DNA from: Eledone cirrhosa
Lineage: Eukaryota
NCBI GenBank assembly: GCA_964016885.1
Contig: OZ024743.1
Location: 220,100,001 to 220,164,000 of the forward strand
Reading direction: 5' to 3'
DNA: 64,000 bases
The position numbers were made by a program, and so were the translations under genes. Positions 25,601 to 38,200 of the stretch are shown piece by piece. Position 1 is the stretch's first letter; each line of letters opens with the position of its first letter. The notes under the pieces are model-generated. The model saw only the letters and a program-made list of their open reading frames with translations. It made no database searches and was not told the DNA's origin.

Positions 25601-26840
25601 GACCCGGATGAAACGAAGACGAAGAATTTCCTTGCGTACCGTTTTGTACCACAGATGCGATCTCACTTTGCCTCGTTAATGTTCAATCGACACCACAGTT
25701 CTACGTTCGGGGCAATAGAATTGAATCCAACCACCGACAACATAGTTGGATGACCGATAATCACACCAAACCGGAGTACTGTGATCCTTGTGATTTCGAG
25801 ATATACAACCACTGACACTGTTACGAAGACCAGAAAACCATACTCCATAATATTGAACCAAGTGATTGATTTGTGCGACCAAAATAACACCACACACATA
25901 TTGAACTAGGAATATTGGATCCTCCGTCAATGTCTGGGTGAGCAAAAATAGATTTCTATCTGCATTGGAATTTACGAACTTGTGCATCTGCTGTGGTGTC
26001 AAAAACAAACGCACATGACCGCACAGATGAACAATGGACTATGCGACGTGGGTTGAACCTGCAAGTGAATTGAAGGATGTGTAACTCTGATATACAGATT
26101 ATTTATTATTAAGATGTATAAACTTGACATAACTATTATCATCTTATATTCTCTCAACTAATCACATTTGATTATATTTCTCTATCCCGTTTTCTCCCCC
26201 CATATTTATATTTTTATTTGAAAAAATCGGTTTTTTTTACACTTGTGTTTTTCCCTTTCTAATACTTGCTTATATTTCTTTATATATTCTCTATATATTT
26301 TTTATATATTATTTTTTTATCTTTATTCTTATTTTCACTTTTATCCTCCTTTATATTTTACCTTATTCTTACTTTTATACCTTATTATAGTGTAATCTTC
26401 CCCATGCCTTATTATACATTATTAATTATAGATTATTATTATTACTCTTTTTCCATTTCTAATTACCTCATGTACTTTCTCCTCCGTTATATATATATTG
26501 TATGCCCTTTGTGTGTGTGTAGCATCTGCACACCCTCTGCACCCTACTATCGACGCCACCCCATCTATGGCTCAACTAACCATTCGACTCCCGGGAATGA
26601 ATATGACCACAGCTAGTAAACAAGGACCCACACCCCACCCTCCCGCACCAAAATTAGACTTATCGTCCCCTGCTTTTGCTCTTTACTCTCTTTACTCTTT
26701 GTTCTTGAATGTTTGGTTGGTAGAGTCCATAACACCAATCAAACCCCTTTTATAGCTCTGACGAATCCTACGGTTACGTAAGGAAGAAACATTGTAAGCC
26801 AATAAAAATCTTTTGATGTTGTAGACGCTCTTGTGTTCTT
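22695..26840 (+). mobile_element. Penelope-like element, Naiad clade (5'-truncated RT + C-terminal GIY-YIG, long 3' region ending in a hammerhead pLTR)
   Basis: TLKDHK..RLISPSKSDIG; QFDIDAYYTSV; MGSSDS; GLYRDDAL; YVNASSNHP; RRRKNMYFNPPF; CNCR...CPLRGDC; IVY...YIGST..FKTRF..H; CDLCLLE. Frameshifts near 23342 and ~23790, TGA at 23465. Linking the 26755 hammerhead to this copy is inferred. Confidence 0.85.
26755..26799 (+). ncRNA. Type-I hammerhead motif followed by AATAAA (26801)
   Basis: gcu CUGACGA a uccuacg guua cguaagga a GAAA cauug UA agc. Confidence 0.75.
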
Positions 26841-26841
26841 T

Positions 26842-26946
<105 letters not shown>

Positions 26947-27213
26947 TATATATATACATACATATATTACTATTATTTTTATATATATATATAATAGTAA
27001 TAATAAAAATAATAGGGGTTTAGATCGATATCCATATATATATATATCCGCGTGTAGTTGATGGGTGAGAGAAAAGTGTACTCAATTTTGAAGTAGAGTT
27101 TAAATATTCCTTTTATTAAGGCTAAATAGTGAATATATTACTTGTCAAATGACCCTGTGAAAAACAGACGAAACTTCAAAGTAACAAGACTTACTATTTC
27201 AGCCTTAATAAAA

Positions 27214-27262
<49 letters not shown>

Positions 27263-27318
27263 CTGTCGATTTTCCTATATATATATAGAAGTAGTAACAC
27301 AACAGTGAGTTCACCATA

Positions 27319-27359
27319 CCGAGAATAATTGTTTCACCTTATGCGGATCTTCAGCTCGG
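27319..27359 (-). ncRNA. Type-I hammerhead motif
   Basis: ccgag CUGAAGA ucc gcauaa ggu GAAA caauua UU cucgg. Confidence 0.7.
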
Positions 27360-27664
27360 ACTGGTCAACGTTATACGGAACAGGAAGAACGACCGTATGA
27401 TCGCGCTAGCACAGAAACGGTTACTTCATCCAAGCGATACAAAACCACGTGCGAAAGGTGTAAGGGAGATAACAACGAAAGTCTGGAATAAAATGTTCGA
27501 GTTGATTAGAAAATTAGAATGTTGTTGTTATTCAATCCGGAGCTTTGTAGTTATGCAAGAGGTGTTTCCAGACACGTGGACAACGTGAGAAGATTTCATT
27601 TCTTGAATTTAAGCAATCGCTATTGCGTGATCTCGTTAGAATATTTATCCTTTCTTCAATACAC

Positions 27665-28200
27665 AGTCCACTGGTAACATGTAACGCAGTACAACCTGTG
27701 CATGGTCGGGTCGTCAGCGACTAAACCGGCAACCCTAGCTTGCCTGGTGAGGAGGGTGAATTTGGACACTCAGCGGGCTGAAAAACCAAACCAGTCAAAG
27801 GGTAGAGGAACTCAAGAGTGTCAACGGCCATCAAATAAAGTTTTTTGTTTTTCGTGGAGCGAGAGACTCCGAGTCTTCCTTAAGACATCTCTCTAGGAGA
27901 AGGTCACTTTGATATAAAACCTGCGACCTCGTTTGCATCCAATGATGTAGACCAGTTCTTCTTTTTGGGTAAATGCATTTAATGTTCAGAGAGTGGAATT
28001 GGCCCCATGCAAAGCATTTCCTCACTTAAAAAAGCTTCAAGCACAGGCATCGCTTAATATGTGACATTTTCTGTGATGCATGGTATTGCTGGCCATAGGC
28101 AAGTCCCTTGCAGGACTATAAAGCCACGTCCGCGATACTCATGCTTAAGTATCAAGCGATGGCATTACTCAAAATCGAGTTGCAGCCATCATGTATGTGT
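27665..28200 (+). mobile_element. RTE-derived bipartite non-autonomous element (partial second copy 28445-28625)
   Basis: CTGGTAACATGTA..CAGTACAACC...CGACTAAACCGGCAACCC...CTAGGAGAAGG (RTE 5'UTR-like), 3' GCAGCCATCATGTATG tail. Confidence 0.7.
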
Positions 28201-28335
28201 ATATGTATGTATATATGTATGGATATATACATATACAGTCACTCTCACACACTCACACACTCTCACACACGCACTCTCACACACTCACATACACACACAC
28301 TCTCACACACGCATACTCACACACGTATACACACA

Positions 28336-28386
<51 letters not shown>

Positions 28387-29018
28387 TCGATGATGATGAT
28401 GATAATATATATTGCTAAAAAAGACATTTCAGATGGAAAAAATGTCACTGGTATCATAGATAGTACAACCTGTACAACCTATGCATGGTGGGGTCGTCAG
28501 CGACTAAACCGGCAACCCTAGCTTGCTTGGTGAGGAGGGTGAATTTGGACACACAGCGGGATGAAAAACAAAACCAGTCAAAGGGTTGAGGAACTCAAGA
28601 GAGTCAACGGCCATCAAATACATCTTTTTATTTTATTTCGCCATCCTCAAAAGAACTCAAGCTTTGTTCCTTAGTTTGATGCCTATTTGATCTTTGCGAT
28701 AAATAGTGAAAGGAGGGGAAAGGAGAGAACAGATAAAGATATCATACGGTTAATTTAACATAGCACATAGTGCAAGAATATCAGACAAATTACATTATCT
28801 AATCCCTAAAAATCTATTACCTCAACGATTTTTATTCAGCTTTTGTCATTTTACTTACGTTACTCTTGTGTGTAACAAAGTAAATTAACCGCTGATAAAA
28901 ATTACTTCATACATTCTTTTCACAGTCCCGCGTAATACAAACATTACATTATTTACAAACGATATGAAAATTGAATAGAAAAGGAAAAAAATAAATTACC
29001 TAAACCACACACACACAC

Positions 29019-29065
<47 letters not shown>

Positions 29066-29070
<5 letters not shown>

Positions 29071-29153
29071 GGTGTCCCAAAAAGTGTATACACACTTCAA
29101 CATTCAAAGTGTGTATATATTTTTGGGGGGTCACCCTGTATATAATATGTATA

Positions 29154-29185
<32 letters not shown>

Positions 29186-29350
29186 GTAATAATAAATGTG
29201 AAGACTAAAATCCAAAGTTCAATAAAGTAAATATACACATGTATATATATATATATATATATATACAGGTTGTCCCCCAGAAATGTGTACACACTTTGAT
29301 TAATGCGGTTGAATTGTGTATACATTTTTTTTGTTTGGGACACCTTGTAT
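29066..29350. mobile_element. Two tiny Tc1/mariner-type palindromic MITEs in (TA)n (third at ~41845-41924)
   Basis: TA-CAGGGTGTCCCAAAAAGTGTATACAC...GTGTATATATTTTTGGGGGTCACCCTG-TA; TACAGGTTGTCCCC...GGGACACCTTGTA. Confidence 0.75.
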
Positions 29351-29463
29351 ATATATATTCTTTTATATATATATACAAGGTGAGCTCAAGCCGTTTCGAC
29401 GGCTAATTCAGTCCAGAATTAGCCGTCGAAACGGCTTGAGCTCAGCCGTCGGGGTCCTACTCG

Positions 29464-29539
<76 letters not shown>

Positions 29540-29960
29540 CATGAACAGATATACATGTATACACACACACACACACACATATATATATATTTAAAGATTA
29601 ATATAATATTTCTGTTGCGTTCTCTTTGAAATATAATCTTAATGTAAAGAAGATTACAGAAGAGTTCATTAATTACTCTGGAAGATTACTAACTCAATGT
29701 TATGATCAACTTTGGTCTTTGCCGCCTTGCCAACTAAACTTGATAAATAACTCCTCGTTCTTTTATTCGTTTACTGATTTCAATCATTAGACACCGACCA
29801 TACTGAAGCCCCGCTAGTCAAATATATCGATCTAAACGATAATGATTATTTTCAAGGCTGATACTTATTTTATCGATTCCTGTTTTTTTTTTTATCGAAC
29901 CACTAATTTGCGGAGGCTTAACTTAAATGTAAACATAGACAGAAATACACACACACACCG

Positions 29961-30036
<76 letters not shown>

Positions 30037-30176
30037 GGTTTGAGGTTCACCACTGTATAGAGCTGGTCTATTCCGTATGGTCAATCCTAATGCAATAATA
30101 TAGAGAGTACTCAACGTAAGGCAGTTCAACCGTCTTTGTTTTTGTAGTTGGTGGTGCTATTACGGAGTTAAATATT

Positions 30177-30425
30177 ATAATGAAATGACAGGAGGCTGGA
30201 TTTGTGTAAATCCTTGAAAGGTTTATTATACTATGATCATTTCAATGACCGGGTTCCGTATGAATCCGGTGATATCATCAGGTATTCGAAATATAATACG
30301 TGAATGTAATAGATAAAATCCATGGGGCTGAAAATCGACGACCCGAGGGCGACCGCTATTCTGTTCCTTCAACCTCAGCCGGTCGCCCTGGAGTGATTTA
30401 CACAAATCCAGCCTCCTGTCATTTC

Positions 30426-30430
<5 letters not shown>
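30177..30430. mobile_element. Short foldback element (36-bp perfect terminal inverted repeats) containing a hammerhead
   Basis: ATAATGAAATGACAGGAGGCTGGATTTGTGTAAATC / GATTTACACAAATCCAGCCTCCTGTCATTTCATTAT; right end abuts (TA)n. Confidence 0.8.
30228..30285 (-). ncRNA. Type-I hammerhead motif followed by AATAAA
   Basis: auac CUGAUGA uauc accggauuc auac ggaacccggu cauu GAAA ugauca UA guau aauaaa. Confidence 0.75.
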
Positions 30431-30464
<34 letters not shown>

Positions 30465-30673
30465 TAAATAACAGATTAAAGTTTAAGCAAAGAATCGCTG
30501 CTTTCACCCTTAAGCAGCGATTCTTTGCTTAAACTTTAATCTGTTATTTAATAAATATTTGCTCTACGGTTCATATATATTCGATATATATTTATCCTTA
30601 TCGAGCCCTCTTTGGATTTTAGTCTTCAATTTTATTATTATTACTATTATTATTATTATTACTATATATATAT

Positions 30674-30716
<43 letters not shown>

Positions 30717-30720
30717 ACAC

Positions 30721-30754
<34 letters not shown>

Positions 30755-30959
30755 ATATATATGTATATGTATATATATAGACATATATCCCTTTATATAT
30801 ATATATATATGTATGTATGCATATGTATATATATATATGTAGAAGCCATTTCTATATTAAATATTTATACTCTGCTATGTATTGAGTACCTTCCTTAGTG
30901 TGGTTAACCCCGATTGAATATATATAACCCCGATTATATATATATATAAATATATACGG

Positions 30960-32668
30960 GATAACAGGTTATCGTTATAGGCAGTCCACTTAGATGTAGT
31001 CCAGTTAGAGTACTACGTGTAGTGGATGGTATTAACGTATGGCTTAGTTTGACTCAACAAGACGTTTCCATAGTGATGCAGCGAGTTCGCGGTGATTTCT
31101 ATGTAGTTAATACTTGGAGTAATAATAATTCAAGAAAGAAGAGTGACATGGTTGGCTATACAATAAGGGCTTTATTCACATTGCTGACAATTGTTTCTTT
31201 GATCTGGTAGGTCTAGCGTTCGCTACTCGCTTGATGTTGCGTCAATCGATCTCCAATACTTTGTTTATAACCATTCGTTTTCATCAGATCGTGCGAAAGT
31301 GAGGAAGATACTCATGGTTTTTATAGAGGAGTGGTATTAAACCAGAACAATAATATCAATAATAAAATAACTAGATACTGAATAGTTAAAAGAATAACAT
31401 CAATATAAGCAAGAAATAGAGTATAATGATGAATCTAGCATATTAAACGAACTGATATGATACAGATGTATGAAATTGACATGTGAAAACTGCTATAGGG
31501 TACATTAGATGTAGTGTTAAGGTGGTGAAGAGATAACTGATAAAATGTACTTGGAGTCAGGATTTAGGAGGTATATGCGTGTGCTGTAGGTCTGAAAGCA
31601 CACTGGCAATAAACCGGAGATTTATTTATTGTTTGACAGATAAGTATTTTCGTTGTATTAATTTAGTGAGAATGATAGGGTGGGTGCATAGAGATATATA
31701 GTGTTAAGTGAAGTTGTAGATTCGGTATTTAAGTGGCCTATTCTAAAAGTTTGGATTGTTAGTTCGAATCATGGGGGTTTAGTTTTCACAACATCAATAA
31801 CAAGTAGTGTATAAGTAAGACAATAATAACAACAATAATAGAGACAATGAAAGTAATAAAATAATAAAATATGCATGGTAAATAGAGAGAACATGATGTA
31901 TAAAATTCCCTAATTTGAGATGATCATCATAATAATAAGAGGGAAATAAGATTTCAAGGAGTGTAGGAGTAATAAGATAATGTACTTAGAATTAAGTTCA
32001 TCTGTTAGAGATCATGAGTGCTAATATGAGATACGTAGATATAATTGTTTGGTCCGAAGGAGTAAACAACAACAAGATGGGATTGATTTATTGGTTGACA
32101 AGATAGTTGTAGACATTACTGCTCCATCCTAGTGGTATAGATTTAGGGAGGCTAGAAGGTGTTTATAGAAGATTATGGTTCTGAAGTGGGCTGTGTGAGA
32201 ATCTGGATTTCATATGTTAAATGCTAAGTGATTTTCCCTTAATATAGGGGATGCTGGTTCGAATCACGGTGATTTAAATCTCGAGAATTTTGTAGCAATC
32301 CTATGTCTCCAGAAAATTGACCTTTCTATTTTGCTGTTGAGTAGCATTTTATCGTTCCTTAAGATATGTCGCAATTCAAGGTTGCAGAGCCAGCAGTGGG
32401 ACATACCGCTGCTATAGGCCTTTGCGGCCGCTAATTTCGACCAGCTAATATTGTAATCAAGGTTTTTGTCCTTAAATTGCCAGATTTTATTGGCGAGGGT
32501 TGTAGAATTTACCAGTGCACGGTTCTTCATTGAATGTCTGTGTACATACCACCTTTTTTTAGAGACACCCGCGGTGGATCCAATGTAGTGCCATGTGGAG
32601 TTGCCTGAGTTTACAGTACACATGTACACTAGGCTAGAATCAAGCCACCTATTCGCTAATGGGCACTT
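30960..32668 (-). mobile_element. Naiad-type Penelope-like element 3' fragment (GIY-YIG + long 3' UTR)
   Basis: KCPLANRWLDSSLVYMCTV...YIGSTAG..KKRWYVHRHS...TTLANKIW...CWLCNLE (32264-32668); 5' junction at (TA)n; hammerhead-like halves at 31184-31290. Confidence 0.8.
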
Positions 32669-32676
32669 ATATATAA

Positions 32677-32760
<84 letters not shown>

Positions 32761-32788
32761 TGAGAAGTGCGCTAACACCCGAAGTGTA

Positions 32789-33447
32789 TGATAAAGTTAT
32801 ATCTGTATTAATACAGAGAGTGTATAACCGAGACGGCACCAATGAGTATAAATATATGCACATATCTAATTCAAATTTCCTTGTAAATTGAAAAATATGA
32901 TAAACATCTCTAATCGATTTTTGGATCGAATTGGACTTTCATCAGAAGATACCTATACCGTCCAATCAGCCACAAGGAAAGATTAATTCGCTCTTAGTAT
33001 TATTCTGAAATACACATACTTGCATATAACTACCGCTCGTGTAGTTGATTAATTAAGATATATATCGTGAAGTGCGCTAACAGCCGAAGTGTCTGATAAA
33101 GTTATATCTGTATGAATACAGATCTAATTGGACCCTCATTAGAATTAATTACTAAAACGAGCACTAATTATATGCAAATCTCTACGTCCATTTCAGAATA
33201 ATACTAAATGCGAATGGGTATATATAGCCGCCAAATGCATGTTTCCTTGTGGTTGATTGGATGATAAAAACATCTTCTGATAAAAACTTCTAATCGATCA
33301 ACGATATTTATCATTTTCTTAATTTACAGGGAAATTCGTATTTTATGGCATGTTTATATGCCTACAGATTAGATATGTGTATATATTTATAGACGTTGGT
33401 GCAGTCACGTTACACACTTTGTATTCACACAGATATAATTTTATCAT
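32789..33447. repeat. Diverged long inverted repeat (~250 bp arms)
   Basis: TGATAAAGTTATATCTGT...CCAATCAGCCACAAGGAAA vs TTTCCTTGTGGTTGATTGG...ACAGATATAATTTTATCA. Confidence 0.75.
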
Positions 33448-33526
33448 ATGTATATATATGAATATATATGAGTCCCAAGTGAAACAGTTCTAGTCCTGTA
33501 GAAGTTATTCCTATATTAAACATGAT

Positions 33527-33579
<53 letters not shown>

Positions 33580-33682
33580 CAAGTAAGTATGTTTTGAAAC
33601 AGTGAGCGAGTTTGAAATTAGAAAATATATAGCTTTCACCGTATTTTTAAAAATACGGTGAAAGTTAAAAATACGGTGAAAG

Positions 33683-33737
<55 letters not shown>

Positions 33738-33934
33738 AAAATAGTCAGGACCCCGACGGCTGAGCTATATATATATATATATATATATATTAGGATTGGT
33801 GCTCTGAAATAGCGATCTATACATGAATGTATGTATAGTATATTTGGTAATATACCGTATGCTTAATTAAAAACATTTTGAAGACCATACGCTATCAGTT
33901 TTAAAGTATCTTCGGTGAAAGCGGGGTGTACGTT

Positions 33935-33977
33935 GCTCTGATGATCGCCAACAGCGTGAAACAGACAGTTTGTTAGC
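33935..33977 (+). ncRNA. Type-I hammerhead motif
   Basis: gcu CUGAUGA u cgc caaca gcg u GAAA caga cag uuug UU agc. Confidence 0.7.
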
Positions 33978-34809
33978 TTCGCTCCCTTCTTTCGCTGCAT
34001 AATATTTATTATAAACAAAAATATATACAAGAAAATATAAAGTTTGCTAACTTTTTCTTAATGTTATTTTTTACTTTTGCTCTTATCTGAAATTACTTCA
34101 ATGTTCTGGTCTTAAGTCCTATCATTATTTAAGAAAAAAAAAACAAAATGAAAACCAAAACATTTCAGGTCGCATAAGAACCACACGAGATTGGCTAAAA
34201 TGTTGCAGGATCCCGACCCCGGGGTTAGAGATCTGAAGGTCAAAATGAATCTGAAGGATAGATTCGAAATGAGAATGTAGGGAAACGAAACTAAATATGG
34301 CCAGGTATATATTCAAGTACTTTATTCGTTCTGTTGCACTACAACACTTAAAGAAGTAAATAAGAACAGAAACAAAAAAACAAACAAACCCAACGAGGAA
34401 ATAAAGAAAACTGAAAGTGAGTAGCAGCTGTTCTATCTGAGATAAAAACAAAAGATTTATTATTTATCATTTGCAAAGGGTATGATCCACAAATATAAGA
34501 TTATCGAAAAATACCCACCATATGTTGTGGTTTTAAAGTTTGATATCTAATCTTCAATCATCAAACAGGCATTCAAATTTAATTCAATTGAAAGAAAAGA
34601 TAGAACCCTATAGATTTCTGATATCTCTTACAATTTTCTGTTAGTTATTGTTATTGTTAATGATGTTGTTGTTTGCTGGTTTAGCTGGTTTATTGAATCT
34701 CTGATGATCTTGTCAATTTTATGATATCTAAGTTAAGTTTATACTCTGAAATGATTTCCTTTGACACACGAAGACTCGATACATACATAGATGCATGAAC
34801 CCGTAACTC

Positions 34810-35125
34810 CTAAAGGAGACGTAAAGGCGCTGGATTGATATACGGCATTTCTAATGTATTTTTAAAACTGGCAGAGCACGTCACTTTCCAGGTCTGAATA
34901 CAGCAGATTTCTTCCAGAGAAGGATAGATAGTGAAAGAGAGGAAGTGAGAAAGAGATATAGTAGAAGAATCGACCCCAGTACTAGACTGGTACTTTTTTA
35001 TCGACCTCGAAAGGATGAAAAGCAAAGTTGATGACGGCGGGATTTGAACTCTGAGAGTAGAGAGTCGAAACGAATGCCGCTAAACATTCTATCCGACATT
35101 CTAACGACTTAGTCAATTCGCCGTC
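34810..35125 (-). mobile_element. Family-A tRNA SINE with extended 3' body (cf. 50425-51050, 53308-53600)
   Basis: GAGTTCAAATCCCGCC...CATCCTTTCGAGGTCGATAAAAAAGTACCAGT...TCTGGAAGAAATCTGCTGTATTC. Confidence 0.8.
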
Positions 35126-35205
35126 TATACATACATACATACATACATACATACATACATACATACATACATACATACATACATACATACATACATACAT
35201 ACATA

Positions 35206-38200
35206 GAATGGCGACCGTTGTGGTCAGTGTCCGATAATCGGACGTGTGTAATTACGGCTTACATTAAGGCAACATACCATATATTGGAAAAAGTTGAGCT
35301 ACATTACGCGGTAAGATTACATACAATAATTCTACATAAGTGTTTGAACTGTAAGTGTGTTGTAAAACACCTATTTAAATGAGCGATACATACACTTATG
35401 ATATATGAACGATACATACACTTTAACATAAAAATGCAACGTTTGTTATATTACATTTATAAAGAAATATACAAGTAACGTTTTCGATTCAGAAACAAAA
35501 ACATAAGTGTTTGAACTGTGAATATGTTATGAATAAGTTGTAGAACACCTATTTATTTGAATGATACATAAACTTTAATATATAAATACAGCGTTGTTAT
35601 ATTATATTACATTCATAAAGAAATATACTAAGTAACGGTTCTTTTTGTACTCGATTCAAACGATTCAAGAACAACGTTTATGAATTTGATACATCTAACG
35701 GAATTGAGTGATACTACAAATACAGCCGTTGTAGACAACCACCCCACCTCCACTGACAAACAAAGAGAATGGCCAGCTAAATCTAACAGTTTTTCTGAAA
35801 TCCATCCCACTTCCACTGAAGAACAGCGAGAAAGGTCAGCTAACTCTAGTAGTAATTGTCACCACATCAACAACGAGGCTGAAATTCATGACTCTACTGA
35901 ACAAACAGAACACCAAAAACTTGTGGACACCTTACAAGTGATATGGAACGATATGTTTCAAGAGATACACAGCTTTAATGTGAGTGACAGACCATATAGC
36001 ACCAGAATCAGTAAAGAACCCACTAAATTGGAATTGGAAGCGGTGAACGAAATAGCTGGCAATTATCTGAAGGCTATACGATCTAAAGGTGTAGAAACGA
36101 CATTTGAAACGCTTAATATTTTGTTATATGTTTCAGCAGTCACATTGCTATCATATAACACACATCTAAAACCACGCAATCAAGATACAAACAGAAAGCC
36201 TGAACCAGCGTGGATGCGAAATTTAAAAAGCAAAATTTTGTCCTTGAGACGAAGTATCTCACACATCGCAGTCGTTATGAAATGCAACATAGAGAGCAAC
36301 TTCACACGACACCAGAAAGACCTAAAAAAAAAGTTAGAGAGACGATTTGGAGATACAAAATTTAAAACTTTGAACTCCAAATTACACCAGTTGAAACAGC
36401 AACTCATAGCTACAACAGAAAGACTAAAATATAAGTCAACAGCACATAAACGACACGTGCTAAATAGATTGTTTGCCAGAGATCCTAAATCAGTTTATCG
36501 CAGCTTCGGTGGCAAAAGCTCAATCCCTGTAAATGACACCCCTTCAAAAGAACAGGTTGAGAGCTACTGGAGATCTGTATGGGGAACGGATGAAGGATTC
36601 AACAGACAAACTAATTGGCTAAAAGAAGAACTGGAACTGGACTACTGCCAACATGTCCAGACAAAACAATATGACATAGATGGGTCAATACTGGAAACAG
36701 CTCTACAGAAAATGTCGAATAGAAAATCGCCAGGCCCAGACCTCATTACAGGATACTGGTTGAAGAATTTCACTTTCTATCGGTAAGATCTCATACGGCT
36801 GTTTACAGAAACCATTAAAGGCACACAAGAACTGCCCAGATGGTTATGAACTGCCACTACTCTCCTCATTCCCCAAAATAGCCAAACCACCCTTGCTAAA
36901 AATTACCGCCCAATAGCCTGCCAAAACATCATGTACGAATTATATACTGGGTGCCTTAACCTGTTCTTACAAGATCACTGTGCTACCAACAACATCATAA
37001 CACCTGAGCAAGCTGGTGGAAAGAGGGAGATGTGGGGTTGCATAGATCACCTACTAACTAACAAAATTATTCAGTAAAAAGCAACAAAGAATCGCAGAAA
37101 CATGACTGTGGTGTGGCTGGACTATCAAAAAGCATTTGATAGTGTACCTCATGGGTGGATTATTAAGGCTTTACAGTTAGCTAAAGTCCCACAACCATTG
37201 GTAGCTACTGTTGAACGCCTGACCAAGAACTGGTACACCAATTTGAACCTTAGAGGTGAGAAGGAGCAAGTTAAGACTGATAAGATACATTACCAGAAGG
37301 GCATCTTTCAGGGTGATAGCTTGTCAGTGCTACTCCTCGTTCTCTCACTGAATCCACTATCTTACCTACTCAGGAAACAAGGTGGACAAAGAAGTGGGTC
37401 CAGAAGTATCTCCCATCTTTTCATTGTTGATGACCTGAAGTTGTATGGGCCAAATATCAATGACATCAAGAAACAATTGGACCTCATTACACAATTTTCA
37501 ACCGACATCAAAATGAAATTTGGTGAGTCCAAGTGTGCATATTTGGCAGTAAAACGTGGAAGAGCTGTGCCCTCCTCTAGAAATCTAGAGATGAACGACC
37601 TGACAATACAACCTCTACAGTCAGGTGACAACTACAGATATCTTGGATAGGATGAGAATATCAGATATGATGGACCCATAAATAAGGAGAGAACCAGAAC
37701 TGAATACCTCAGAAGAGTAAAGAAAATATGGTCATCAGAACTGTCAGCGTACAACAAATACATTGCCCACAATACTTATGCTGTGCCAATTCTAACGCCA
37801 ACATTTGGCCTGCTGAACTGGTCATTGCAAGAACTAAGTGAGATGGATGTTAGAACTCGCAAACTTCTCAGTGTTACTGGGAACTTTAACATCAATTGTG
37901 ATGTGGATAGGCTATACTTCTCACGCAAGGAAGGTGGCCGGGGTCTAAAATCAATATTAACAACATATGAGACCCGGATAGTAACACTGAAGCAACACCT
38001 TCAACAGAGGAAAAAGGTTGGCAACCATCTTGCCCAGGTTTATGAGCATGAAAAAAAAAATATCATTAGAATAGCGACTGATCTGGAAGAGAGATATGGA
38101 ATAAAGCCTGATATAAATCTCTCACCCAGAGAAATCGGAAGATCCTATTCAATGTTCAAACAAGATAAACAAATTGACCAATTTACAGAAAAAGTTGTGC

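Noticed and set aside
32669-32863. N-terminal extension of the 199-aa GIY-YIG ORF
   Set aside because: Read-through across (TA)n into an unrelated repeat; the element is truncated at about 32668.
34691-34750. CTGATGA/CTGAAGA hits at 34691, 8831, 32939(-), 43008, 51630 and 60816 as hammerheads
   Set aside because: No correctly placed stem II-GAAA-UH and no complementary stem I.
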